DNA from: Octopus sinensis
Taxonomy: Eukaryota
NCBI RefSeq assembly: GCF_006345805.1
Contig: NW_021826242.1
Coordinates: forward strand, 1-43,248
DNA length: 43,248 bases
Reading direction: 5' to 3'
Positions within the stretch are counted from its first letter, which is position 1, and every line of letters starts with the position of its first letter. This document shows positions 23,283 to 35,825 of the stretch, one piece after another. Below the pieces are notes generated by a model, which saw only the letters and a program-made list of their open reading frames with translations, was not told the origin of the DNA and ran no database searches. The position numbers and the translations under genes are program-made.

Positions 23283-23869
23283 GCGTGCATGTTCGCGAAT
23301 ACATGCATACACTCGTGCACACACTTATTCATGCACATACGCACACAACGTACGCGCACGTTCAACACATACGAATGTAATCGGTAGAGAGGAAACAAAA
23401 CCAAAGACGGATGGAAAGAGTGAGGAAGAGGAAAACAGAGAGGGAGAGAGAATGAGAGAGAGAGAAAGTAAGAGAGAGAGAGTGTATGGGAGAGGGTAAA
23501 GAGTATGAGAGAGAGGGAGAGTGAGAGAGAGAGTGTGTGTGTGGGAGTGAGGGAGAGAGAGAATTATAGAAAGTGTGTGACAGAGTGCAAGATATATCAC
23601 TCCAAGATTCTTTGGTCAGAATACATAGAATGGTGAATCAGACACGGAGGCACCATGACAGAGCTGCCAGCTATAACACTGAACAGAAGCCACACCTTTA
23701 TTGGAATGGTTGGTATTGATGGTGGAAAGGGTTCATAATTTGTTTGTATGGGGATGGGGAAGGAGCGCGATGGTAAGGTGGTGGACAATGGGAGAGGAAG
23801 AAGTATAGGTTATTGCTGAGAAGAGGAGGAGGAGTGATACAAACAGAAGATAGATAAACCTATAAATAG

Positions 23870-23871
23870 AA

Positions 23872-23954
<83 letters not shown>

Positions 23955-24011
23955 TGTGTGTGTGTGTGTGATGGTGGAGATAAAATATGGATAGAAAAAG
24001 GCAGAAGGACA

Positions 24012-24077
<66 letters not shown>

Positions 24078-24480
24078 CTGTCCTTCTGCCTAGATAGATA
24101 GATAGACAGAAAGGCAAACAGAATAGCCATAGATATACATAAATAGGTACACATATGGACAGATAGACAGGAAAATAATTTGAGAGACAGATAAATAACC
24201 AAATAAAGAGATAGACAAACAGATAGACAGACATATGGAGAGACAGACAAGCAGAAAGATGAATTGATAGAAAGAGAGATAGACAAACAGATAGATGAAT
24301 TTACGGAAAGGTAGACAGACAAAAAGATAAATAGACAACTAGATGGATAGATAGACAGACAAATAGATGAACAGATATATAAAAAGAGAGATGATTGGGC
24401 AGAAAGATAGATGAACAGACGGATAGATAGAGAGAGAGAGAAACAAACAGATAGATAAATTAATAGATGGATAAAGGTGG
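23870..24480. repeat. (TA)/(AG)/(TG) and degenerate (GATA/GACA)n block
   Basis: Direct reading. Confidence 0.9.
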
Positions 24481-24920
24481 ACAGACGCAAAAAGAAAGTG
24501 ATAAAAACAGAGCAGGTAATAATAAAGAAAGGTAAAAAAAAAATCAGATAATGTAGTACAGACGGAGAACAATAAATAGCTGATGGTGGATAAGTAGATA
24601 TGTAGATAAAGAGATCAATATATTCACACCTAACCATTAATAAAATATACGAGGAAATAAAGAAATAAATATAATTAAAAAACCAAACAAAAAAAAGATC
24701 TAGTACCCATGGGAAGAAGCGATAGTCTGTGATAGAAAATAACCCCCAAAAAACACAAAAAGGTAAAAAAAAAAAAAGCAAAGAAGCAAATTTGCTAAAT
24801 GAATTTAGAAAAATAAGACTGCAAGTCAATTTTGATGCTGCAGATAATACCCGCCATAGATGGGAAGACGGATAAAGAATATAGATCTATAAATAGATAA
24901 TTGCATGCAGAAAGATCGTT

Positions 24921-24959
<39 letters not shown>

Positions 24960-24991
24960 ATTTATTATTGCTATATATATATATATATATA

Positions 24992-25145
24992 GGCGCAGTG
25001 TAGTAAGAAGATTGCCTCCCAACCACATGGTTCCGGGTTCAGCTCCACTGCGCAGCACCTTCACCAAGTGTCTTCTACTATAGCCTCGGTCGACCAAAAC
25101 CTTGTGGAGGATTTGGTTGACGGAAACTGAAAGAAGCCCGTCGTG

Positions 25146-25188
<43 letters not shown>

Positions 25189-25467
25189 TTATCTCTCTCT
25201 CTCTCTCTCTCTCTCTCTTTATATATATATATATATATTTATAAATTTACACGTATGTGTCTTTGTGTTTGTCTCTTTCACCATCGCTTGACAGCCGATA
25301 CTGGTGTATTTACCTCCCCGTAACTTAGCGGTTCAGCAAAAGTGTCTAATAGAATAAGTACTAGGCTAACAACGAATAAGTCATGGGGTTGATTTCTTCG
25401 ACTAAAAAATCCTTTAAGGCAGTACTCCAACATGGCTGCAGTCAAATGACTAAAGCAAGTAAAAGAA
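24992..25467 (+). mobile_element. SINE B, near full length, with internal (ATCT)/(CT)/(TA) microsatellite
   Basis: Head, body, internal repeat and CATGGCTGCAGTCAAATGACT tail. Confidence 0.88.
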
Positions 25468-25481
25468 GACACACACACACA

Positions 25482-25880
25482 TCTTTATATATAAAAGAGA
25501 AGTTGTGTGTCTGTCACCTACGATTTAGACTCCTAACTACTCCCACATTTTGCGGTGCAGTTTAACCAAAACCGGGTATCTTATAGTCGTGATTCATATC
25601 GAGCCCTTCTGGGTAATAGCGCGCGTCTACGATGAGTCTACGATTAAAAAAAAAAAAATTACCATAATTTTTTTCCATTTTAATGCATTTTTTTCGCTAT
25701 TATATAAGGGAAGTAACTCTCTAAAAATGTCTACGATGAGTCAACGATTTAAAAAAAATTTACCATAATTTTTTTTCCATTTTTAATGCCTTTTTTTGCT
25801 ATTTTTTGGCTATAACTCTCTAAAAATGCTTATATAGTTATTTCCCTTACAAACCCGAGCACGCCGGGCGATACTGCTAA
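25482..25880 (+). mobile_element. Non-autonomous Helitron, short variant of the 3.6-5.2 kb family
   Basis: A|TC 5' end, hairpin then CTAA|T 3' end; lacks the middle segment and carries an internal duplication of about 110 bp. Confidence 0.85.
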
Positions 25881-25984
25881 TATGGTATATATGTGTGTGT
25901 GCGTGTGTCTATTTCTGTGTATTTAAGTGCATACACATACATACATACATACATACATACATACATGTGTATTTTAAAAAATTC

Positions 25985-26247
25985 TATCTTCTACTTGTTT
26001 CAGTCATATCCCTGCGGCCATGCTGGAGCACCGCCTCGAAGAACCTTTGTAGAACGAACCGACACCACTACACTTTTTTTGGTTTTGTTATTAAGCCTGG
26101 TGCTTACCCTATATTTCTTTTGCGGGACCGGTAACTTACGTTGACGCAAGCACACCATCACCGGTTGTCAGTCAGTGGTGGGGGTCAAACACATACTCAA
26201 ACACACACACACACGCACGCGCTCACACATACACACACACGCACGCA

Positions 26248-26287
<40 letters not shown>

Positions 26288-26382
26288 ACGTGCTTCTTTC
26301 AGCTTCCATTTACTAAATCTACTAACAAAGCTTTGGTCTGTTCGTGGCTATAGTAGAAGGCACTTGCCGATGGTGCCACGCA
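25985..26382 (-). mobile_element. SINE B, head missing
   Basis: Reverse complement of the family B tail and body. Confidence 0.8.
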
Positions 26383-26537
26383 TATATTATATGAGTCTAG
26401 GACATTTACTCACCATGGACAATAATTCCCTCGCCAAGGACAATTACCCGCGAGGACAACAGATGATAATTTAAAACTGCTTAATATATAGGAGAGGGGG
26501 TAATTAACCAAGTGGGATAATTATCCTGATACGATAT

Positions 26538-27111
26538 TATTGGATTGTCCGGAAAGTTCATGCCGATTTTTAAAGGAAAGAAAAATGTCAATACTTGCCA
26601 TTACCCAAGCTTTACCAGGTGCTCATGAACGACGGATTTTGATAGGTTGAGGCTGTCTGCCAATTCTCGGGTTGTGTAATGTGGGTTATTCTCAGTTAAT
26701 GACTTGATTTGGTTATCATCTGTAGTGGATGGTCTGCCTGATCGCTCTTTATCAATAAGGCTACAATCTCCAGCTCGGAAGTTTGCGAACCACTTCCGTA
26801 TAGTTCTTTCGGATAAAGGAACATCACCGTAAACTGCGCATATTTCTTTGGTTGCTTGTGAGGCATTTTTCTCTTTTCGGAAAAAGAAAAGCATCAAGTG
26901 CCGAAAATGAACTTTGTTATCTTCCATTTTAAAGGGTTACAGAATTAACATAGGTTATAGGAACATAAACCTTCTTCCACGAAAAGATAGCTTAAACTGT
27001 GTTCTAAATGGAGGTATAGTCAAATCCTATTTTATGGACTCAGCCATGTTCTAAAATAAGTCGAAAAGTAAGCTACTATAAATCGGCACGAATTTTCCGG
27101 ACAACCCAATA
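26538..27111 (-). mobile_element. Internally deleted mariner, about 574 bp, copy 2
   Basis: TIRs TATTGGATTGTCCGGAAAGTTCATGCCGATTT and AAATCGGCACGAATTTTCCGGACAACCCAATA. Confidence 0.93.
26601..26927 (-). CDS. Intact 108-aa ORF encoding only the N-terminal bipartite HTH DNA-binding domain of a mariner transposase
   Basis: MEDNKVHFRHLMLFFFRKEKNASQATKEICAVYG...WFANFRAGD...ERSGRPS...TTRELADSLNLSKSVVHEHLVKLG*; no DD34D domain; expression unknown. Confidence 0.7.
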   Translation of the reverse strand: MEDNKVHFRHLMLFFFRKEKNASQATKEICAVYGDVPLSERTIRKWFANFRAGDCSLIDKERSGRPSTTDDNQIKSLTENNPHYTTRELADSLNLSKSVVHEHLVKLG

Positions 27112-27404
27112 TATATGTGTATCTTTATATACACTTATGTGCACACACTACAAACACACTCATAGTTATAGATATGTGTGTCTGTAAAACGAAAGCGAAC
27201 TAAGGGAAATAAGTCAAACTGGCTTGAGACTTGTAATTGAAGAATGAAGACTAATTATATTAGATAACAAACAAGCTATAGTATTGATTTATTGAAATTA
27301 TCTCTGCTTTCAAGGGTTGTTGAACTAACACTTGCTAGCAATTGGTAGTAACTGCAAATGAGAAAGTAAATAATCTTAAAACGTTAAGAATTCGTCAAAA
27401 TTGT

Positions 27405-27600
27405 TTCCCACCGCCGCTTGCTAACCAGTGTTTGTTTACGTCCCCGGAGCTTAGGTGTTCAGCAAATGCTGACTGATAGAATAAGTAACAGGGTTAAAAA
27501 AAAAAACAAACTAAGTACTAGTGTCGACTTGTCCGACTAAACCCTTCAACGTGGTACCCAAGCATGGCCGCAGTCTGATAATGACTGAAAGAAGTGAAAC
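27405..27600 (+). mobile_element. SINE B 3' half
   Basis: GTTTACGTCCCC...CATGGCCGCAGTC...ATGACTGAAA. Confidence 0.75.
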
Positions 27601-27677
27601 TCACATGCACACACATACACATACACACACACGGAAACACGGACAGACACCCCCCTTTAGATAGTTGCATCACTCAA

Positions 27678-27710
<33 letters not shown>

Positions 27711-29142
27711 TGGAGACACGGACAGGCCCCCCCCCCCTGATTAGGTGTACTTACACACTCAAACATACACACATATACACACATTCACACACACGATACT
27801 CCCCTCTTGCATCGTGTACTAATTCGAACAATGGTCTTTGCTCAGATTTAGACATTGTTAATTATCAAATTCCTCTTAGTGCACAAAAACAAATATATAT
27901 GAGCTACGGTTCCGTTTTCGGATATGATCTTGAAAGGAAAAAAAACAAAAAACAAAAACAAAACATAAAGCAGCAGTATGTTTTTTAAGCTCACGTAACG
28001 TATCGCAAATATAGATATATAAAATACTGCTTTGTACAGCTGCTTTAATTAATCTCAACTTGTTTCCAATACTGTCTAGTAAAAATCGGTTAGCTTTTTT
28101 GATTGTAATTGTACTTAACTCATTCTTTACTTTCACGCATAATTTCACAATGCCGAGTTATTTGTAGAACAATTTGATTCTGTAATTAACTGGATATATT
28201 TGCGCAATGTACTTAGAAGACCTAACGGCAGCATTGAAGAACTTCCATAACAAGAACAAATGAGATTCTGGAATCATTTCCTCTCGAAGCCTATTTCTCA
28301 TTCAGCAGCATTTGACGATGAAATATTCCCCAATTTCGCAATATATGTTTTTATTTGTTGTGGTTATTTATATCGCAGAATATTGTAATAATTCAAAAAT
28401 TAGGTCTGTAAGCTATAAAGACATTATTTAAGCACTTGTGTTAGAAAACACATTCATAGCTTTTCAGCTAATAGTTCTAGATGAAAGCCAAGCCAGACAT
28501 CTGCACCTATATCATATCCAAATAGGTTTTAGAACAATCGACGTGCCATTATTTTAAAAGAGATGATTACACTCGTACGCAAAAGCACCAATATAAAAAT
28601 ACGTAGTCACGGTTTTGGTTAATACGTTAGCTTCTTAATCATATAGTTTCGAGTTCGATTACTTTACGTGGCATATTCCGCACATAAATTGTACCATAGC
28701 TTCGATTCAACCCCACGAAGTCTTGTGTAATGAAGTATATTAGAAACTATACAGGAATTCTTTCTGTGGATTGTAGCAATGCTTGTGTGGTAGCTCCAGG
28801 TCTTGGTGTAGTAATGAGATGAAATGAATATGATTGGAATGCCTTTGCTACTGGAGTTCTTTGATCTCTCTGCGGTTAAACAAAACAGCAACAACAACAA
28901 CTACAAAGCTTCTAATACGGATGGAGAAATACGAAGCATTGCATTGGTACGGTGGTAGAACACCTTTCATGTTTACAGCAGATGTGGGTTCGCGTCCCAC
29001 GAGCAACCTCTGAATTTTTTCATCCGAGGGAAACCCAATATTAATCCAATATTTGTAAGATATTAAATATAGTGTACCACTGTAAAAAAACGATTTCATG
29101 TCTGTTTATAAATTCTTATCAAATATACAACTATATATACAT

Positions 29143-29310
29143 AGGCGTGGGTGTGGGTGGGTGGTTAGAGGCTTGCTTCCCAACCACGTGGTTCCGGGTT
29201 CAGTCCCACTGCATGGTATCCTGGGTAAGTGTCTTCTACTATAGCCTTCAGCCGACCAAAGCCTTATGAGTGGATTTGGCAGACGGAAACTGAAAGAAGC
29301 CAGTTGTAAT
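29143..29310 (+). mobile_element. SINE B 5' half
   Basis: GGTTCCGGGTTCAGTCCCACTGC...GACGGAAACTGAAAGAAGCC. Confidence 0.82.
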
Positions 29311-29320
29311 ATATATATAT

Positions 29321-29361
<41 letters not shown>

Positions 29362-29365
<4 letters not shown>

Positions 29366-29580
29366 CTTTACTACCCACAAGGGGCTAAACACAGAGGGGA
29401 CAAACAAGGACAGACAGAGGGATTAAGTCGATTACATCAACCCCAGTGCGTAACTGGTACTTAATTTATCGACCCCGAAAAGATGAAAGGCAAACTCGAC
29501 CTCGGCAGAATTTGAACTCAGAACGTAACGACAGACGCATTTCGCCCGGCGTGCTAACGTTTCGCGCAGCTCGCCGCCTT
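29362..29580 (-). mobile_element. Tx1-tailed SINE A ending in a (TA)n tract
   Basis: Minus strand ends ...CCCCTTGTGGGTAGTAAAGAAATA then TATATA. Confidence 0.87.
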
Positions 29581-29584
29581 CCCC

Positions 29585-29639
<55 letters not shown>

Positions 29640-29830
29640 CATCGGCTATTTATGCATGGTTGTATATGCATTCAATTTCGTATCTATTTATGAAACTCTT
29701 TCTCTCGCTCTCTCTCTTCTCTCTTCTCTGTCCCTCTTTATCTCTCTCCCACTTTCTTTCTCTCTCGCTGTCTGTCCGTTTGTCTGTCTATCTATGTGTC
29801 TGTATCTGTCTCTCTCTTTATCTATCTATC

Positions 29831-29888
<58 letters not shown>

Positions 29889-30295
29889 CATGTATGTATA
29901 TATCAAATTATAAATAAATACACCTGTGTAGTTTTGTATAAATATTCATGCCAATCGTTATATACTCCTTTGAATAAATATATTTGCATTTGAAAATTTT
30001 GAACCTAATACATATTTGAATTTCTGTATTCGAAAACCATCCGTAAATTCTACATAAACAGTGAAACTAAATCTAAAAACATGAAAGACGAACGAACATA
30101 AATTAGCATAATTTGAAAACATACGCACACACTCGCCCCCCACCACACTTTCTTTCTTTTTTCTTTCTTTCTTTCTTTCCTTCTCTCTGTCTCCCTCTCT
30201 TTTCCTCCCCCCTCTCTCTATGTCTAAGTCACAGATACATCATTTAGCCCAAAAACTAAATAATTTAGCTCTCAAGGGGATTACCTCTTTTGCAT

Positions 30296-30301
30296 ATATA
30301 T

Positions 30302-30333
<32 letters not shown>

Positions 30334-30395
30334 ATTATATATATATATACATATACATATATACATATATAATTATATATATATATATCTATATG

Positions 30396-30452
<57 letters not shown>

Positions 30453-30470
30453 TATATATATATTATGTAT
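30296..30470. repeat. (TA)n microsatellite
   Basis: Direct reading. Confidence 0.95.
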
Positions 30471-31416
30471 GTATGTAAATATGTCTATATAATGATCATA
30501 GGAGGGGAGGGTAAAAGAATACAGTGAAAGATCAGGTATAGAAGGAGAATATCTAGGGAATATGCAAATTAATGATTATGTATAATGAATATGCATGCAT
30601 TTGTACCTATATCAGTTTTATATAGGTGACATTTATATAGCATTTAGGTACAGAAACATTATCTGTGTGTATGTTTGTATGTGTGTGTGTGTGTGGTGTA
30701 TGTATGTATACGAGCGTGTGTTTTGGTGCATGTATGTGTGTAGTTTAGCCAGTAAGTCACATTACACGTGCTAACAGAGACACTCATCTGTGTATCTCTG
30801 TTTCTTTATCTATCTATCTATCTATCTACGTACCTATCACTGTCTGTTTGTTTGGCTGTATGTATGTATCTATCTATATATCTATCTCTTTATATATGTA
30901 TGTATGAATGTATGTGTGTATGTATATATATAAGTGCGTGTGCATATATGTGCATGTATGTATATATAAGTGTATGTAAATGCATATATATATATATATG
31001 TATATATGGATAGATAGATACATACATGCACGTGCATACATACCTACAGACATAGCTTTATATATATACAAAGCTTTCATTCTGTTACATCAAAGTGGAA
31101 AAGACGACTTAGTCCTGAGAAAACCGTCATGTAGATATGATTGTATATATGTACATGTGTGTGCGTGTGTATGTGTGTGTGCGCGTGCGCAGGGTGCACC
31201 TGTTCTGTCACACAAATGTTTTCCAAGTTGATATCCCTCTCTAAGATGTAAGACTTTCTCAGGATAAATGTTTCCACTGGAGTAAACATCTTCAGATACT
31301 GAATTACTTCTCATTAAACGAGACACCGAAGTTTGTCGACAAAAATCGTTAATTTCCGGTTGAGCGCAGAATTGCTTTTCGATACATGAAGAGGAGAGAG
31401 TGAGAAAGACTTAGAC

Positions 31417-31456
<40 letters not shown>

Positions 31457-32049
31457 AGAAGAAGTGAGATAGATAATGGGAGAAAAAGAAGAGAGAGAGA
31501 GAGGACGAGAGGGGAAGGGAGAGTTGAAAATGTGAATAAGCGTGAAGGCAGCAAAATTTGGAAATATTTTAAACGTCTGATCCGCTGAGAACCAAATTAG
31601 TTCTTTGAAATTCTTTGTTTTTATCTAATTATTCCATTTGACGTATCTGACAATTAAAGACATTTTGTTTTTTTGAAATCCTATTTCAATGATTCTGCTC
31701 AAGTTCTAAGATAAAGTGACAGACAATTGTTGACCATTTTCTTTCAGTCTGGAGGTTTTTAGAAAGAATTTAATTTATATTTAATGTAAAATCGACTGGC
31801 GATTAATCGAGTTTGGCTTGTTTTGTCTTAACGCAGAACCTTTATATTTAGAAAACAAAAGGACGAAATATGAAGTATCGTGACGTTCATATATTTTCTA
31901 AAGTTATTTGAGGCTTTTTAATAATAGAATAATATTGTAGCTATTTTAGTAGATTACACCCATACTAGTCCTAATCAATGGGGGCCTAGGATCAAGACTT
32001 TCCTGCTATGACCTTCCCTTCTATTGGACTAAATATGGTATCTAAGACA

Positions 32050-32395
32050 CTCTTTTACTCTTTTACTTGTTTCAGTCATTTGACTGTGACCATGCTGGAG
32101 CACCGCCTTTAGTCGAGCAAATCGAGTCTAGGACTTATTCTTTGTAAGCCTAGTACTTATTCCATAGGTCTCTTGCCGAACCGCTAAGTTACGGGGACGT
32201 AAACACACCACATCAAGCGATGTTGGGTAGACACGACAGGCTTCTTTAGTTTCCGTCTACCAAATCCACTCACAAGGCTTTGGTCGGCTCGAGGCTATAG
32301 TAGAAAACACTTGCCCAAAGTGTCACGCAGTGGGACTGAACCCGGGACCATGTGGTTGGTAAGCAAGCTACTTACCACATTGTCACTCCTTCGCC
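32050..32395 (-). mobile_element. SINE B with the internal microsatellite deleted
   Basis: Both halves present and joined directly. Confidence 0.85.
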
Positions 32396-32573
32396 CGTAG
32401 TAGAATATGATTTGATGGACATTTAACAGATATTGTTCATACACCCATGGTTAGGACTTCCCTGCTGTGACCATAGCTTCTGATAAGTTGATATCTAAAT
32501 GACATCTAAGACAGTGGGGTATGATTTGATGATGGTTTAACAAGTATTCTTAGTATCACAATATTAGGAGTAA

Positions 32574-32760
32574 TTCCAGTTGATCCGATCAACGGAATAG
32601 CCTGCTCCTGAAATTAACTTGCAAGTGGCTGAGCACTCCACAGACACGTGTATCCATAACATAGTTTTTAGGGAGATTCAGTGTGACAGCGCGTCGCCGG
32701 GAATCGAACTCACGACTTTACGATCGTGAACTGGATACCCTAACGTCTAGGCCATGTACC
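32574..32760 (-). mobile_element. SINE D, internally deleted
   Basis: Head GGGAATCGAACTCACGAC (reverse B box) and tail CACTCCACAGACACGTG. Confidence 0.78.
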
Positions 32761-33129
32761 TTCACATCAGGAGCAATAGAAATGCGGTAAACAGGCGAAA
32801 AAAAATCGTGCGCCCATTTATCTTTGGTTTGACTTTACATAAAGGTTTACGTAAACCTTTACATAAAGGTTTGACTTTACATATTTCTAGGGTCGATGTT
32901 CCTGCTGTGACCATTCTCGCCTATCGTGTTTCACATGGGTATCTAAGATGCTGGTGTATGATTTTGAGATTTGACTGCTGTTTCTAGCATATCGAGCGAC
33001 CACGAGGAGTCTTCGTCACTTGCTTCGTCGAGTGTTATGTGAATCGGGTAAAAAACCGTGTTGTGTTCAAGACGCGTTTGAACGCTTTTAAAATGAAACA
33101 TGGTATAATTTTAGGTGCAAAGATTGATA

Positions 33130-33306
33130 AGTAGTTATGAACCTTGTCGTCTAGCCAAGGGGGTTCGGGTTCAGTTCCAGAGTGCGGGCGGCAACTTCAT
33201 AGGTGACTTTGATTATTGCTCTGGGCTGACCAATGTCTAGTGAGTGAATTTGGTGGTCGGAAACTGTGAGGAAATCCGTCGTATGTATGTATGTATATAT
33301 ATGGTG

Positions 33307-33349
<43 letters not shown>

Positions 33350-33780
33350 ATGTATAATGTACTGATCATGATTGAAAATTCAACAAAAGTGTACTCCATC
33401 TGCCTTCTCAGTTTTTCCTCGTTTCTTTTATTATTCAATTTCTTTAGTTCGTTATGATATGTGGTTTGCGCCTTAAGAATATGTTGGAGTTTTCTCAACA
33501 TATGAAACTATTTGTAGCGCATTAATACATGTATTTTGACCTTTAAATAAATAATATATGTGTGTGTGTGTGTGTGTGTCCTTCTCCCCACCACCTCTTG
33601 ACAATCGTTGTTGGTTTACTTACGTCCTCGTACCATAGCGATTCTACAAAAAGAGATCGATGCAATAAGTATAAATTTTAAAATACATACTGGGGTCGAT
33701 TTGTTCGACTCTAACCCTTCAAGGTTGTATCCCAGCATGACTGCTACCCAATTACTGAGACAGGTATAAAAAAAGGATAA
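33130..33780 (+). mobile_element. Degenerate SINE B split into two halves
   Basis: 5' half at about 33130-33295, 3' half at about 33580-33780. Confidence 0.6.
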
Positions 33781-33932
33781 AAATACTCCGATATCTACAT
33801 CTTTCATGCACGCTGACTCAATAATACGACGTTTGAGCATTGACCGAAATATCAACGTCGGCGTATCCTCGTTATCACCGCTGTTTCTATCTTAGTTCAC
33901 CAATTCAGTTGCAGCCAGTAATAGTGTTCACA

Positions 33933-34807
33933 TACGAGGGCTGATCAATAAGTATCTGGCCTGTTGCTATAGTAACGAAGTTAAAGCATGCAGAGTAAAG
34001 CCGCTGGGCAAAGATCTTTAACTCTGCTCTACTGTGCATGCGCTCTAAGTTTTAACGTTCTAGCTCACTTCCACTGTTTACAGAGTGCTTGGAAGGAAGG
34101 TGTGTAGCGTGTGATCGTTTCATTGACCATGAGAGAGAAAGTTGACATGGTGACACCTGCTCAGAGGCCTACGAAAAGTTGCAGAAAGTGTCTAGAGAGG
34201 AGTGTATGAGCCGCTCACAAGTGTACGAGCGTTTCAGATGTTTCCAAAATGGCAGACAACTATCGATAGTGACGAACGTTCTGGGAGACCCGCAACCAGC
34301 AGAACTGAGAAAACATCGCAGATGTGCGTGCAGCTGTGGGAAGACATCGCCGAATCACTATCCGTGAGTTATCAGAGGGTGTGCAGATTAGCTACGTTGA
34401 GTTCAATCCATTATCACTGAAGATTTAGGTTTGAGACGCGTTTGTGTCAAAACTTCTTTTAGCTGACTAAAAAGACGCTCGGTTTTCAGTTGCACAAAAT
34501 CTTCTTGATTGTGTCGGAAACGATGAAAACATTTGCGTAGGTCTCTGATCAGATATCGCCAAGCTTTTGGCAAAATTTGATGCAGATTCTTTGCTCAACT
34601 ACCTCTGTCATTGGCAATGCGACGATCACACGCTACACACCTTCCTTCAAAACACTACTGTAAACAGCGGAAGTGAGCTAGAACGTTAAAACTTAGATCG
34701 CATGTACAGCAGAGACTAATGTCAATCTGTACCAAGCAGTTTTACTCGACTTGCTTTAGCTTCGTTACTATGGCAACAGTACGGATACTTATTGATCAGA
34801 CCATGTA
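33933..34807. mobile_element. Mariner fold-back derivative (two 5' ends facing each other), 875 bp
   Basis: TIR TACGAGGGCTGATCAATAAGTATC; long inverted arms (right arm 34532-34807); plus-strand relic CMSRSQVYERFRCFQNGR...SDERSGRPATSRTE...; minus-strand relic MTEVVEQRICIKFCQKLGD. Confidence 0.88.
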
Positions 34808-35121
34808 TGACTCGAATCACTGCATAATTACGGAGTGAGTTATTAATTTAGAACGATGAGTCCAACTTTTGTTTGAGTCATAATATCATCAGTTCTTGAC
34901 CAACAATAAAAAATCAGAAATAAATATCGCCTTGTTATCTACTGACATCAATCAAGCTGTATGGCTTGTAATAGATGTGATTGCGTAACAGGCTTGCTTC
35001 GTGATTCTTTCTATGATTTACAATTGCGCAATAAAATTGATTTAATTTGAAAGAATCTCTTGTAATAATGACTTGTATCGTCCTTACTGTAGAGTTAAAA
35101 CAAACGTGGTTTTTGAAGTAC

Positions 35122-35156
35122 GTGTATCATTATCCTCCTCCTCCTCCTCCTCCTGC

Positions 35157-35208
<52 letters not shown>

Positions 35209-35315
35209 CAACCATCATCATCATCCTCATCATCCTCATCATCATCATCATCCTCATCATCATCATCATCATCGTCGTCATCATTATCATCATCATCATC
35301 GTCGTCGTCGTCGTC
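35122..35315. repeat. (TCC)/(CAT)/(CGT) trinucleotide block
   Basis: Direct reading. Confidence 0.95.
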
Positions 35316-35402
35316 TCTTTTGCCGAACCACTGAGTTACGGGGACGTAAATACCCCAGCATCGGTTGTCAGGCAATGTTGGGGGGACAAACACAGACACA
35401 CA

Positions 35403-35445
<43 letters not shown>

Positions 35446-35611
35446 GGACGGGCTTCTTTCAGTTTTCCGTCTACCAAATCCACTCTCAAGGCTTTGTTCG
35501 GCCCGAGGTTATAGTAGAAGACACTTGCCCAAGGTGACACGCAGTGGGACTGAACCCAGAACCATGTGGTTGGTAAGCAAGCCACTTACCACATAGCCAC
35601 TCCCACGCCTA
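35316..35611 (-). mobile_element. SINE B, 3' end missing
   Basis: Near-consensus head and body. Confidence 0.85.
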
Positions 35612-35825
35612 TGACCGTAAGATTGTGGTTTCGATTCCTGGACCGGGTGACACGTTGTGTTCTTGAGCAAAACACTTCATTTCACCTTGCTCCAGTCCAT
35701 TCAGCTAGGGAAAATGAGTAATCCTGCGACGGACCGGCGTCCCGTCCAGGTTGGGAATTTCTACGCCTCTGAAATCGGCAAACCGGTCCTTATGATTTGG
35801 TATGACTCGAGAAAGTAACATTACC
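35612..35825 (+). mobile_element. 5'-truncated SINE with C/D body and the tail seen in 6522-6815
   Basis: TGTGTTCTTGAGCAAAACACTT body joined to CCTGCGACGGACCGGCGTCCCGTCCAGG tail. Confidence 0.75.

Noticed and set aside
23597-23788. 63-aa ORF with a hydrophobic patch
   Set aside because: No motif, no convincing splice signals
23909-24829. 306-aa hydrophobic ORF, the longest in the track
   Set aside because: Made of (TATC/TGTC)n and T-rich simple sequence; no domain
27600-27800. Duplicated CACGGACAG..CCCCC motif among CA repeats
   Set aside because: Most simply a local tandem duplication in simple sequence
32841-32860. 20-bp perfect palindrome AAAGGTTTACGTAAACCTTT
   Set aside because: Explained by a local slippage or template-switch duplication; no further structure
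35047-35585. Poly-H, poly-S, poly-D and poly-I ORFs
   Set aside because: Trinucleotide repeat plus SINE B
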